From positions 42,172 to 79,915 of the forward strand of contig JAYOSV010000002.1 in assembly GCA_038139415.1 (NCBI GenBank): DNA of 37,744 nucleotides. The letters are read 5' to 3'. Below are positions 1 to 10,586 of this stretch, piece after piece. Position 1 is the stretch's first letter. Every line of letters begins with the position of its first letter. The notes under the pieces are model-generated. The model searched no databases. It had not been told where the DNA came from and saw nothing but the letters and a program-made list of their open reading frames with translations. This DNA comes from Verrucomicrobiales bacterium (GTDB lineage: Bacteria; Verrucomicrobiota; Verrucomicrobiia; Limisphaerales; UBA1100). The position numbers and the translations under genes are program-made.

Positions 1-321
1 TATGCCGGCACTTCACCCGAGCAACTTGCGCAGGTGGAGGAGGAGTTGATGGCCGAAGCCATGAAACTGGCGAGCGACGGGTTGGATGCCGAGGAATTGC
101 GCCGAGCCAAGAACAAGGTGATCGGCGCCCGCAAAATCGGCCGCCAAGATCTCGGCGGCTTGGCCATGACAGCCGGCTTAGATGAGCTGTATGGATTGGG
201 CTTTGATTCGAGTGATGAGGATGAAGCACGCATTGAGGAAGTTTCTCTGAAATCCATCCAGGCAGCGGCTCAGAAATACCTCGATCCCGAACGCTATGTA
301 ATTGCAGTGACCCATCCATAG
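1..321 (+). CDS. M16 family (insulinase/pitrilysin-like) zinc peptidase, C-terminal fragment truncated by the window start
   Basis: Frame 1 is open from base 1: YAGTSPEQLAQVEEELMAEAMKL...ELRRAKNKVIG...DELYGLG...IEEVSLKSIQAAAQKYL, typical of M16 C-terminal domains. Confidence 0.8.
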   Translation, partial: YAGTSPEQLAQVEEELMAEAMKLASDGLDAEELRRAKNKVIGARKIGRQDLGGLAMTAGLDELYGLGFDSSDEDEARIEEVSLKSIQAAAQKYLDPERYVIAVTHP

Positions 322-329
322 GGCGGTGA

Positions 330-357
330 TTGACTCCAACGCGGGTGTGTGCATCAT
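330..357 (+). promoter_or_regulatory. Putative sigma70 promoter of galM (TTGACT-N16-CATCAT with extended TG), 7 nt before ATG 365
   Basis: Motif match and spacing read from the sequence. Confidence 0.45.
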
Positions 358-364
358 TTCGCGC

Positions 365-1531
365 ATGCAATCCAACCTTCCCTGCATAATGAAAACTGCG
401 GCTGCTGCCGTGTCTCTCCTGATCATGAACGCTTGCACCTCCATTTCCGGCCCGAGTACGGGCTCTGTGAAACAGGCCGGTTTCGGCAACACCAAGGCCG
501 GCGAATCCACTGAATTATACACCCTGAAAAATGCTAACGGCGTGGTCGCCAAGGTGACCACTTACGGCGCCACCCTGGTGGAGCTGCACGTGCCGGATAA
601 GGACGGCAACCTCGCAGATGTGATCAATGGCTTTGACTCCGTGGCTGGTTATGAAGGCGACGGAAACCAATATTTCGGCTGCACCACCGGCCGCGTGTGC
701 AACCGCATCGCCAAAGGCAAATTTACGCTCGACGGCACCGAATACACGCTGGCCACTAACAACGATCCCAACCACCTGCACGGCGGCGGCGACAAGGCCC
801 TCAGCAAGCAAGTGTGGAAGGCCGCGCCGGTGGACGGTCAGGCGGCCGTGGTGTTCACCCTCACTAGCCCGGACGGCGAGGAAGGGTATCCCGGCAATCT
901 CAGCATGAAGGTGACTTACACGCTCACCGATGCCGATGAACTTCGGATCGATTATCAGGCCACCACCGACAAGGCCACGCCGGTGAACCTAACCAATCAC
1001 GCCTACTTCAACCTCGGCGGCGCTGGGACGGGTACGGTACTCGATCACGAGCTGACGCTGAACGCCGATCATTTTACGCCCGTGGATGACACGTTGATTC
1101 CTACCGGTAAGATTGATCCGGTGGCGGGCACAGAACTGGACTTCCGCACTGCCCATGTGATCGGCGATCGCATCCCGGACAAGGGCGCCACCAAGACCGA
1201 GGATGCCGAAAGCGCCACGCTCGGCTATGATCATAACTTTGTGCTCAACGGCAAGGCCGGCACCCACCGCCTCGCCGCGCGCCTCAAAGATCCGGACAGC
1301 GGTCGGGTGATGGAGATTTACACCGACCAAGTGGCCATTCAGTTTTACAGTGGCAACTTTCTCATGAATCAGGAAGGCAAGGCCGGCAAGACCTATCCGT
1401 TCCGAGGCGCCCTGTGCTTGGAGACCCAGCACAACCCGGACTCGGTGAATCACCCGGACTTTCCGAGCACCATTCTGCGCCCGGGCCAAACCTATCGCAC
1501 CACCACGGTGCACCGTTTCAGCGCTGAATAA
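365..1531 (+). CDS. galM: Aldose 1-epimerase (galactose mutarotase), probably a lipoprotein
   Basis: Motifs GRVCNRIAKG, NHLHGG, EEGYPGNL, NLTNHAYFNL, GYDHNF, CLETQH. N-terminal hydrophobic stretch ends in LIMNA-C (lipobox-like). Start is ATG 365 or 389. Confidence 0.93.
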   Translation: MQSNLPCIMKTAAAAVSLLIMNACTSISGPSTGSVKQAGFGNTKAGESTELYTLKNANGVVAKVTTYGATLVELHVPDKDGNLADVINGFDSVAGYEGDGNQYFGCTTGRVCNRIAKGKFTLDGTEYTLATNNDPNHLHGGGDKALSKQVWKAAPVDGQAAVVFTLTSPDGEEGYPGNLSMKVTYTLTDADELRIDYQATTDKATPVNLTNHAYFNLGGAGTGTVLDHELTLNADHFTPVDDTLIPTGKIDPVAGTELDFRTAHVIGDRIPDKGATKTEDAESATLGYDHNFVLNGKAGTHRLAARLKDPDSGRVMEIYTDQVAIQFYSGNFLMNQEGKAGKTYPFRGALCLETQHNPDSVNHPDFPSTILRPGQTYRTTTVHRFSAE

Positions 1532-1563
1532 CCGCGTTTGCGAACAGTTTGCCCTGAATCTGC

Positions 1564-1592
1564 TTGCCGCCCACCTTGGGCGGCGGCAGAAT
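1564..1592 (+). promoter_or_regulatory. Putative sigma70 promoter of SRP RNA/dnaX (TTGCCG-N17-CAGAAT), embedded in a GC hairpin
   Basis: -35 at 1564-1569 and -10 at 1587-1592; the predicted SRP RNA 5' end follows about 5 nt later. Confidence 0.55.
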
Positions 1593-1596
1593 CAGC

Positions 1597-1692
1597 GGGT
1601 CAGGGCCCATGGAATGTGGGCTTGCAAATCCCGCCAGGGCCGGAAGGCAGCAACGGTAGCTTGATCTGCATCTGCCGTGGTCACCCTGACCT
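1597..1692 (+). ncRNA. ffs: Signal recognition particle RNA (small bacterial SRP, 4.5S)
   Basis: Helix-8 motif CAGGGCCGGAAGGCAGCA (1635-1652) with GGAA tetraloop. Terminal helix GGTCAGGG (1598-1605)/CCCTGACC (1684-1691) followed by a T-run. Classic position upstream of dnaX-ybaB-recR. Confidence 0.92.
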
Positions 1693-1720
1693 TTTTTGAA
1701 TTTCCCAACCATTTGCAGAA

Positions 1721-3496
1721 GTGTCGTATCAGGTCATAGCCCGCAAATATCGTCCGCAACGTTTTGAGGATGTGGTAGGGCAGGAGCACGTCACCCAAAC
1801 CCTCAGCAACGCCATTGCCTCCGGGCGTATCGCTCACGCGTATCTTTTTAGCGGACCTCGTGGTACGGGGAAAACCACCATTGCCCGGATCTTCGCCAAG
1901 TGCCTCAACGCCACCGATGGACCCTCGGTGGATTTCAAGGACGACGACGAACGCTGCGTAGAGATTACCCAAGGCCGCGCGCTGGATGTGCTGGAGATTG
2001 ACGGCGCCAGCAACAACGGCGTGGAGCAGGTGCGTGAGCTGCGCGATACTGCACCGTATGCGCCCGCCACATGCCGGTACAAGGTGTATATCATTGACGA
2101 GGTGCACATGCTCACCACGGCCGCCTTCAATGCGTTACTCAAAACGCTGGAAGAACCGCCGGCCCATGTGAAGTTTCTCTTCGCTACTACCGAGCCAGAG
2201 AAAGTGTTACCCACAATTTTATCGCGCTGCCAACGCTTTGACCTTCGACGGATCCCGGCCGCCCGGATTGTTTCCCATCTGGAATTCATCGCCAAACAGG
2301 AAGGCGTGACCATTGAGCCCGCCGCGCTAGAGGCCATTGCCCGTGGTGCCGACGGCGGCATGCGAGATGCCGAGAGCACACTGGATCAACTCATCAGTTT
2401 TTGTGGCGAAACCATTCAGGAAAGCGACGTGCTGTCGATGTTCGGACTCACTTCTCAGGCGCAGGTGTTGTCGTTGGGGGAGGCCGTGCTGCGGACGGAT
2501 GCCGCCGGCGCGCTAGGGCAATTACATGAACTGACCACGGGCGGCAAGGAGCTGAGCCGGTTGGTTGGCGATTTGTTGGATCATTTTCGGAACGTGATGA
2601 TTTATCAAGTGTCCGAGGGCGATACAGGCATTCTGGAAATCTCCGAAGCCGAACAAACGGCCTTGGCAGAGCAGGCGCAACTGGCCGACCGAAGTGCTGT
2701 GTCGCGCATACTGGAGGTGTTGACCGATTGCGAAATCCAATTGCGCAATGCGACCTCCAAAAAGATTTTGGTCGAAGTCGCGCTCATGAAAGCGATGGAT
2801 GCCGCCCGTGCTATGAGCCTGAACGATGTGCTCGATCGCCTTCAGGAATTGCGTGATGCGGGCGGCGGTGAAGCTTTGGAGGTTGCCCGTCCAGTTCCGG
2901 TCGCAGTGCCGGTTAAGAAAGCAAAGGCGGAACCGAAAGCGGAGCCAAAGTCGGAAACAGTCCAACAAGTGGCAGTGGAGCCGATCCCCGAATCCAAGCC
3001 CGAGCGCGCACCAGAGCCAACTCCGCAGGTCAAGGAAGAGCCAGCGCCACAACCGGTGCCGGCAACCGATCTCTCAACTGTATGGGCCGCGATGCTGGAC
3101 ACATTGGGCGTCTTTTCCCGCGCGTATTTTCAAGAAGCATTTTTGAAATCTATCGAAGGCGATGATGTGACCATCGGCTTTCCAGAAGCTTTCGCCCCGC
3201 AAATGGAGTTGGCGAACTCCAAGGAGACCAACCAATCGTTAATCGCTGCCTTGAGCAAGGCTGGGCATTCCATTCGTACGGTGAGTTATGTAATCGCTGA
3301 ACGGCCGTCGGATTGGATTCCTTTGGCTATAGATGCGCCCGGTGCGTCGGAGGGCGCTGTCGAGCCAGCGACCAATGCGGGAGGTGAACCGTTGCCCCCC
3401 AAAGGGCCGATTAACAAGGAAGAGTTTGAAAATGATCCGCTTATTAAGAAGGCGTTGGAAGTCTTCAAGGGACAGATTGTGGATGTTCGAAATTAG
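1721..3496 (+). CDS. dnaX: DNA polymerase III subunit gamma/tau
   Basis: ARKYRPQRFEDVVGQEHV, Walker A GPRGTGKTT, EIDGASN, IIDEVHML, SRC motif, Pro/Glu/Lys-rich linker. GTG start. Confidence 0.97.
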   Translation: MSYQVIARKYRPQRFEDVVGQEHVTQTLSNAIASGRIAHAYLFSGPRGTGKTTIARIFAKCLNATDGPSVDFKDDDERCVEITQGRALDVLEIDGASNNGVEQVRELRDTAPYAPATCRYKVYIIDEVHMLTTAAFNALLKTLEEPPAHVKFLFATTEPEKVLPTILSRCQRFDLRRIPAARIVSHLEFIAKQEGVTIEPAALEAIARGADGGMRDAESTLDQLISFCGETIQESDVLSMFGLTSQAQVLSLGEAVLRTDAAGALGQLHELTTGGKELSRLVGDLLDHFRNVMIYQVSEGDTGILEISEAEQTALAEQAQLADRSAVSRILEVLTDCEIQLRNATSKKILVEVALMKAMDAARAMSLNDVLDRLQELRDAGGGEALEVARPVPVAVPVKKAKAEPKAEPKSETVQQVAVEPIPESKPERAPEPTPQVKEEPAPQPVPATDLSTVWAAMLDTLGVFSRAYFQEAFLKSIEGDDVTIGFPEAFAPQMELANSKETNQSLIAALSKAGHSIRTVSYVIAERPSDWIPLAIDAPGASEGAVEPATNAGGEPLPPKGPINKEEFENDPLIKKALEVFKGQIVDVRN

Positions 3497-3505
3497 GAGT
3501 GATTT

Positions 3506-3817
3506 ATGGCGAGTATAAACAAATTGATGAAGCAGGCCATGCGCGCCCAACAGCAGGCCCAGGAAACTGAAGCCGCCTTGGCTGAGCGCACGGTAGAAGC
3601 CAGCAGCGGAGGTGGCGCGGTCAAAGTGACGGCGACCTGCAAAGGAGTGCTGAAGTCATTGAAGATTGACCCCGAAGCCGTGGATCCCACGGATGTGGAG
3701 ACACTGGAGGATCTCGTGTTTACCGCAGTAAATTCAGCCATCACCGAAGGGCAACGTATTCAGGCCGAGGAGATGGGCAAGGTAACGGCTGGCTTCAATC
3801 TGCCGGGGATGGGCTAA
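3506..3817 (+). CDS. ybaB: YbaB/EbfC nucleoid-associated protein
   Basis: LMKQA..Q, SGGGAVKV, LEDLV..AVN motifs; lies between dnaX and recR; AGGAG SD. Confidence 0.95.
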   Translation: MASINKLMKQAMRAQQQAQETEAALAERTVEASSGGGAVKVTATCKGVLKSLKIDPEAVDPTDVETLEDLVFTAVNSAITEGQRIQAEEMGKVTAGFNLPGMG

Positions 3818-3820
3818 GCC

Positions 3821-4414
3821 ATGGCGTCCCTGCCGGAGCCGGTCTTGGCCCTTGCGGGGGCCTTGGGTCAACTTCCCGGGATCGGACCGCGGTCAGCTGA
3901 GCGATTGGCCCTGCATCTCGTACAAAGCGAGACAGGGCAGGTGAAACAACTGGCCGAAGCCCTAGTTACAGCCACCGAACGCATCGAACTCTGCAATACC
4001 TGTGGCGCCCTGACCGAAACGCAGCCTTGCGCCTTATGCACAGATGACCGGCGTGATTCAACGACGTTATGCGTGGTGGAGACCGCGGTGGATGTCATTA
4101 ACGTTGATAAATCCGGCACCTTTCAAGGGCACTTTCATGTGTTGGGCGGGAAGATTTCACCATTAAACGGGGTGGATCCGGAGGATCTACGCATTTTGGA
4201 ATTGGAAGCACGCACGGACGGCGTGAAGGAAGTCATTCTGGCTTTGGGAACGGATGTGGAAGGCGATGCGACGAGTAACTATTTGGCCCAAAGATTGGCG
4301 GCCAAAGGCGTCAAAGTGACTCGCATTGCACATGGTTTGCCAGCGGGAAGTGGCTTGGAATACGCCGATGATCTCACCTTGAGTCACGCGCTCGAAGGCC
4401 GCCGGGAAATGTAA
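3821..4414 (+). CDS. recR: Recombination mediator RecR
   Basis: LPGIGPRSAERLA HhH, C4 zinc finger CNTC..PCALC, TOPRIM (VEGDAT), TRIAHGLP. Confidence 0.97.
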   Translation: MASLPEPVLALAGALGQLPGIGPRSAERLALHLVQSETGQVKQLAEALVTATERIELCNTCGALTETQPCALCTDDRRDSTTLCVVETAVDVINVDKSGTFQGHFHVLGGKISPLNGVDPEDLRILELEARTDGVKEVILALGTDVEGDATSNYLAQRLAAKGVKVTRIAHGLPAGSGLEYADDLTLSHALEGRREM

Positions 4415-5043
4415 TGAATCCGGTGGTGGCATTCGATATCGGCAAGGTGCTGCTCGATTTCCATTACGGCATTCTCATTGCCAAACTGGCCCCACGCACG
4501 CAATGGGATAAAGGGGTGCTGGATACGTACCTGAACCAATCGCCTTTGCTGGCGGAGTATGAATCCGGCAGATTGACTTCTTCGGAATTCTTCACGCGCA
4601 TCCAAAGTGAAACGAAATTCAACGGGACAGAATCTGAGTTTGCGGGGTTGTTTAAGAATATTTTTACGCCGATCGAAGCGGTCATTAATATGCACCGGCA
4701 ACTCGTCGAGAGCGGGGTGCCCACTTACACATTTTCCAACACCAACGAAATGGCCGTGCGGCACATCAGCCGTTCATATGATTTTTGGCCACGATTTACT
4801 GGCCATATTCTGTCGCACGAAGTGAAGTCGCTAAAGCCGGATGCCGGGATTTACGAATCGTTAGAGGCCGCCTCGGGGCGTGAAGGAGAGTCGATCATTT
4901 ATTTGGATGATCGCCCAGAAAATATTGAGGCTGGCCGGGCACGCGGCTGGCGGGCCTGCTGCCATCAGGATGCCAGCAAGACCCGTAATTTTTTGGAAGT
5001 GCAGGGTGTGCTTACTTGTTCAGATCACGGTTCAGCTGCTTAA
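4414..5043 (+). CDS. HAD-superfamily phosphatase (YihX-like)
   Basis: Motif I FDIGKVL, SNTN, KPD, IYLDDRPENI. TAATG stop/start overlap with recR. Confidence 0.9.
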   Translation: MNPVVAFDIGKVLLDFHYGILIAKLAPRTQWDKGVLDTYLNQSPLLAEYESGRLTSSEFFTRIQSETKFNGTESEFAGLFKNIFTPIEAVINMHRQLVESGVPTYTFSNTNEMAVRHISRSYDFWPRFTGHILSHEVKSLKPDAGIYESLEAASGREGESIIYLDDRPENIEAGRARGWRACCHQDASKTRNFLEVQGVLTCSDHGSAA

Positions 5044-5491
5044 AGTTTCCTTCTTCACAGCATTTCACATAACCCTCTGCGGCCCGTTTAAGCTTCTCCC
5101 ATTCCTGCCGGATGTGCTTGGCTTCTTTGGGGTTGATTTTGGAGTCGCTGGCGGCTTCCGCCACGGTGGAGAGTAGGTCTGCAAATTGTTTCACTACCTT
5201 GCTGGTGGCCGGGGCCAGCTTCTGTTCTTTGCCATCCACCAAGGCGGGGTCACTATTTTTAACAAAGAAACCGCCGGACTGTTCGCAGAGCCAGCGTACC
5301 ACGCGCGGATCGTTAGTAGCCTTGTGCAGATCCAAAGCCCGGTCGAGCGGGTTACTGATGCCGCTGGCGGAACCGGTATCCGGGCACTCGGCCCATTTAT
5401 AGACCGTGGAAGGGGAAAGGTTCATTCGTTCCGCAACCTGCTGGACGGAGCACTCCTTGAAAATAGTTTTTAATAGTCGATGGGATTTCAC
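5012..5491 (-). CDS. Phage regulatory CII (CP76)-like HTH protein
   Basis: N-terminal HTH (QQVAERMNLSPSTVYKW), NPLDR, WLCEQSGGFFV, and a C-terminal helical A..D.KI...E...IR pattern resembling P2/186-type CII proteins. Confidence 0.65.
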   Translation of the reverse strand: MKSHRLLKTIFKECSVQQVAERMNLSPSTVYKWAECPDTGSASGISNPLDRALDLHKATNDPRVVRWLCEQSGGFFVKNSDPALVDGKEQKLAPATSKVVKQFADLLSTVAEAASDSKINPKEAKHIRQEWEKLKRAAEGYVKCCEEGNFKQLNRDLNK

Positions 5492-5572
5492 TCAAACCAC
5501 TTTAACTGAATTAGTTACTGCTTGGGTACTGTAAACTGAATGTTTTTTTATAATCGGAACAGGGCGTCAAAT

Positions 5573-5600
5573 AAAAAAGGGCCGACCCGAAGGCCGGCCC
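5573..5600 (-). terminator. Rho-independent terminator of the groEL operon
   Basis: Minus strand GGGCCGGCC-TTCG-GGTCGGCCC followed by TTTTTT. Confidence 0.9.
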
Positions 5601-5624
5601 GTGTAATGACGTTGTCGCGACGAC

Positions 5625-7253
<1,629 letters not shown>

Positions 7254-7270
7254 CTAGTTTAATTTTGGGG

Positions 7271-7567
7271 TTAGCCGACCACCGCGAGGATGTCGTCCTG
7301 GTTCAGGATCTTGTACTCGACGCCGTCGATTTTGATTTCGGTGCCGCCGTACTTGTTGGTCAACACGATGTCGCCGACGCTAACTTCAAACGGGACTTTG
7401 TCGCCGTTGTCGTCAGTTCTGCCGGTGCCCAGTGCGATGACTTTGCTTTCCTGCGGTTTTTCTTTCGCGGAATCGGGGATGATGATTCCGCCCTTTTTCA
7501 CTTCAGCTTCCTCGGCGGGTTCCACGAGAACGCGGTCACCAAGGGGCTTGATTTTGAGTTTAGCCAT
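7271..7567 (-). CDS. groES: Co-chaperonin GroES
   Basis: [31 protein letters not shown]. Confidence 0.99.
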   Translation of the reverse strand: MAKLKIKPLGDRVLVEPAEEAEVKKGGIIIPDSAKEKPQESKVIALGTGRTDDNGDKVPFEVSVGDIVLTNKYGGTEIKIDGVEYKILNQDDILAVVG

Positions 7568-7605
7568 TGTGTGTTTGTTGTTAGTTGAGGTTAGTGTGAA
7601 TGAGA

Positions 7606-7627
7606 AACCCCGGCACTCGCCGGGGTT
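7606..7627 (-). other. Intergenic stem-loop between dnaK and groES (mRNA stabiliser or weak terminator)
   Basis: Perfect 9-bp stem AACCCCGGC/GCCGGGGTT with a 4-nt loop, followed by only a short T tract. Confidence 0.6.
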
Positions 7628-7633
7628 AGAGAT

Positions 7634-9571
7634 TTATTTTTTGTCTTCGTCCACGACTTCGGCGTCGACCACGGGACCTTCGTCTTGTTTGTCATCGGTT
7701 CCATTTTCACCTTCGGGCGCGGCCTCGGACTGAGCTTCGTCGCCTTCCTCGGAAGAGGCTGTCTGATAGGCCTCGGCGGCGGCCCCTTGCATGGCCTCGT
7801 TGAGGGCATCCTTGGCGGTGTTGATGGATTCGAGATCATCACCCTGAAGTTTTTCTTTCAACTCCTCGGTGGCTTTCTCCACTTTGCCTTTGGTGTCGTC
7901 GGAAAGTTTCTCGCCGTTTTCCTTGAGGAATTTCTCAGCGGCGTAGGAGGTTGTGTCGGCTTCATTGCGGGCTTCCACTTGTTCCTGACGCTGCTTGTCG
8001 GCCTCAGCGTTGTCCTCGGCCTCCTGTTTCATGCGCTCAATCTCGTCTTCGGACAGACCGCTGGAATCTTTGATGGTAATCTTCTGTTCCTTGCCGGTCT
8101 TTTTGTCTTTGGCGCTCACGTGCAAAATGCCGTTGGCGTCGATATCGAAGCTCACCTCAATTTGCGGCATGCCGCGCGGAGCCGGCTCGATGCCGTCCAG
8201 CTTGAAGTTGCCGAGCTTCTTGTTGTCCTGCGCCATGGGGCGTTCGCCTTGGGAGACCTGTACATCCACAGCGGGTTGGTTGTCCGCGGCCGTTGAGAAA
8301 ATTTGCGATTTCTTCGAGGGGATCGTGGTGTTGCGCTCGATGAGTTTGGTGAAAATGCCGCCCTCCGTCTCAATGCCCAGCGAGAGCGGGGTGACATCCA
8401 GCAGCAACACGCTGTCCAAACCTTCTTCCTTGTTGAGCACGCCACCCTGAATGGCGGCACCGATGGCTACCACTTCGTCGGGGTTTACTCCCTGATTGGG
8501 TTGTTTGCCAAGCAGCGCTTTGGCGGTGTCAACCACGCGGGGCATGCGGGTCATCCCGCCAACCAACACAAGTTCGTCGATGTCGCCGCTGTTCAGACCG
8601 GAGTCCTTCAGGCATTCCTTCACCGGACCGGTGGTGCGTTCAAAGAGATCGTCGGTGAGCTGTTCCAGCTTAGCGCGAGTGAGCTCGCTCTTGATGTGTT
8701 TGGGGCCGGATTGATCGGCTGTGATGAAAGGCAGGCTTATCTCGTATGTTTGTGAACTGGACAGAGCGATCTTCGCCTTCTCGGCCTCTTCTTTGATGCG
8801 CTGCAAGGCATCGGGTTGGCCTTGGAGATCGATGCTGGAGTCGTTCTTAAATTCCTCCACCACCCAGTCAATGATGGCATTATCCCAGTCATCACCACCG
8901 AGATGAGTGTCGCCGTTGGTGGCTTTAACCTGGAAAAACTGATCGCCAATCTCGAGGATTGAGATATCGAACGTACCACCGCCCAAGTCGTAGACCGCGA
9001 TTTGTTCGTCATCCTTTTTATCCAAACCATACGCCAGCGAAGCCGCGGTGGGTTCGTTGATGATGCGTAGCACATCGAGGCCGGCGATGGAGCCGGCATC
9101 CTTGGTGGCCTGCCGTTGCGAGTCATTAAAGTACGCGGGCACGGTGATGACCGCCTGGGAAATGGATTCGCCCAACCGCATTTCGGCATCGGCCTTGAGT
9201 TTGGCCAACACCATGGAGGCGATCTCCTGCGGGCTATAGGCCTTGGCTTCGCCTTCGACTTCCACCTCGATCGCCGCGTCGCCGTTCTTTCCTTCCACCA
9301 CCTTGTACGGCATGCGTTTGGATTCCTCGGCCACTTCCTTGTATTTGCGACCGATGAAACGCTTGGCGGAAAACACGGTATTGGCGGGGTTCGTTACCGC
9401 CTGTCGTTTGGCCGCGTCGCCCACTAGTCGTTCGCCGTTCTTGGCAAACGCCACCACTGATGGGGTGGTTCGTTTGCCCTCTGAATTCTCCAACACCGTC
9501 GCCTCGCCGCCTTCGATAACCGCCATGCACGAGTTCGTGGTGCCCAAATCGATGCCTAAAATTTTGCCCAT
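7634..9571 (-). CDS. dnaK: Chaperone DnaK (Hsp70)
   Basis: [44 protein letters not shown], acidic tail VVDAEVVDE. Confidence 0.99.
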   Translation of the reverse strand: MGKILGIDLGTTNSCMAVIEGGEATVLENSEGKRTTPSVVAFAKNGERLVGDAAKRQAVTNPANTVFSAKRFIGRKYKEVAEESKRMPYKVVEGKNGDAAIEVEVEGEAKAYSPQEIASMVLAKLKADAEMRLGESISQAVITVPAYFNDSQRQATKDAGSIAGLDVLRIINEPTAASLAYGLDKKDDEQIAVYDLGGGTFDISILEIGDQFFQVKATNGDTHLGGDDWDNAIIDWVVEEFKNDSSIDLQGQPDALQRIKEEAEKAKIALSSSQTYEISLPFITADQSGPKHIKSELTRAKLEQLTDDLFERTTGPVKECLKDSGLNSGDIDELVLVGGMTRMPRVVDTAKALLGKQPNQGVNPDEVVAIGAAIQGGVLNKEEGLDSVLLLDVTPLSLGIETEGGIFTKLIERNTTIPSKKSQIFSTAADNQPAVDVQVSQGERPMAQDNKKLGNFKLDGIEPAPRGMPQIEVSFDIDANGILHVSAKDKKTGKEQKITIKDSSGLSEDEIERMKQEAEDNAEADKQRQEQVEARNEADTTSYAAEKFLKENGEKLSDDTKGKVEKATEELKEKLQGDDLESINTAKDALNEAMQGAAAEAYQTASSEEGDEAQSEAAPEGENGTDDKQDEGPVVDAEVVDEDKK

Positions 9572-9618
9572 ATTATTCTTTCAAAATTGTGCCAAAGCAC
9601 AACTGTTTGCCTCTCTAA

Positions 9619-9634
9619 AGCAACCGGAGTGCCA
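9619..9634 (-). promoter_or_regulatory. sigma54 (-24/-12) promoter of dnaK-groES-groEL
   Basis: Minus strand TGGCACTCCGGTTGCT matches TGGCAC-N5-TTGCW with exact spacing, about 48 nt upstream of the dnaK ATG. Confidence 0.8.
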
Positions 9635-9685
9635 CCCATGTATTTCCGTGAAATCTAGGCATTCTCTCAAGAAGCAAGTCATCAT

Positions 9686-9747
9686 AGTGGGACACTGCGC
9701 CTTAATGGCACTATTGGGTTGGCTGTGGAAATGATTTGTGTCCCACT
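9686..9747. repeat. 10-bp perfect inverted repeat, candidate enhancer (bEBP) site
   Basis: AGTGGGACAC (9686-9695) and GTGTCCCACT (9738-9747), 12/13 match when extended; lies upstream of the sigma54 site. Confidence 0.55.
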
Positions 9748-9762
9748 GTGTGGAATGTTCCC

Positions 9763-9791
9763 TTGCGGAGGGGAGGAGGTGATTCTAGCGT
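9763..9791 (+). promoter_or_regulatory. Putative sigma70 promoter (TTGCGG-N17-TAGCGT) of the LolA-like gene
   Basis: Motif and spacing; divergent from dnaK. Confidence 0.45.
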
Positions 9792-9803
9792 GGGGCAAAC
9801 ACT

Positions 9804-10583
9804 GTGAGTATGCGTGCGTTGATAATTTTATTTGTGGCAGTTTTGGTGGGTCGATTGGGCGCGGCGGTGAAGCCTGATCATATATTGCAGGACCCACAGG
9901 CACGGGTGTTTCAAGCAATCGTTGATGAGAAACTGCAAACACGGTTTGGGGCGCAGATGGCTTTGTACATGCAGGCGATGCGGCCGGCCAATGCGGTGAA
10001 CGGTAACGGTATGTTGCGCATCCGCCCACCACGCGGCGGGAAACGCCGGACCGTACCCGTGGAGTTTCGCACCTTTGCGCAGGGGGCGGCATTGGTGAAT
10101 CATTATTCAGTGCAGGAAGGTACGTTGACCGTTCGCGCCGCGGTGGGGAAGGATACGCAATATGAATGGACCGCAACGGATAAAAATCCGGAGAAACTGG
10201 ATGCCGAGCAGGCCATGCGGCCGTTTTCCGGAGCTGATTTCTGGATGGCGGATTTGGGTTTGGAGATGTTGCGTTGGCCTAATCAAAACGTGATTGATCG
10301 TAAATTGCGTCGCGGCGAACTCTGCAGTGTTCTGGTAAGCCGTCCTGTTAAAGTCACCGAAGGCGGGTATAGTAAAGTGGTGAGTTGGGTGGATGAAGAT
10401 TCAATGGGTATCGTGCGGGCGGAGTTGTTTGATGCGCAGGGAAAGCTTTTGAAAATCTTTGAGCCCAAGGCTTTCAAGAAGATTGATGGTCAATGGCATC
10501 TCAAGGAAATGGAAATGCGCAACGAACAAACCGGCTCCCGTACGGCCATTGTTTTTGAATTGAAGTCGGCCCCGAAACGCTAA
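9804..10583 (+). CDS. Exported LolA-like / outer-membrane lipoprotein-sorting family protein
   Basis: Signal peptide; PFSGADFWMADL, YSKVVSWVD, ELFDAQGKLLK, KKIDGQW..KEMEM.N..TGSRT pattern. Start is 9804 or 9810. Confidence 0.7.
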   Translation: MSMRALIILFVAVLVGRLGAAVKPDHILQDPQARVFQAIVDEKLQTRFGAQMALYMQAMRPANAVNGNGMLRIRPPRGGKRRTVPVEFRTFAQGAALVNHYSVQEGTLTVRAAVGKDTQYEWTATDKNPEKLDAEQAMRPFSGADFWMADLGLEMLRWPNQNVIDRKLRRGELCSVLVSRPVKVTEGGYSKVVSWVDEDSMGIVRAELFDAQGKLLKIFEPKAFKKIDGQWHLKEMEMRNEQTGSRTAIVFELKSAPKR

Positions 10584-10586
10584 GGT

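Noticed and set aside
2758..2764. dnaX -1 frameshift site producing the gamma subunit
   Set aside because: The sequence is C AAA AAG, not A AAA AAG; it lies before the end of domain III and I saw no clear stimulatory elements
2890..3065. Repetitive GCGGAACCGAAA/GCGGAGCCAAAG sequence in dnaX
   Set aside because: It encodes the ordinary low-complexity AEPK/PEP linker of tau and is not a DNA repeat element
9580..9594. Second TGGCAC upstream of dnaK
   Set aside because: No TTGC at the -12 position (reads TGGCACAATTTTGAA)
9607..9634. Possible CIRCE (GAGTGCCA half-site) upstream of dnaK
   Set aside because: The left arm is poor and the spacer is 11 rather than 9; the half-site is explained by the sigma54 -24 element
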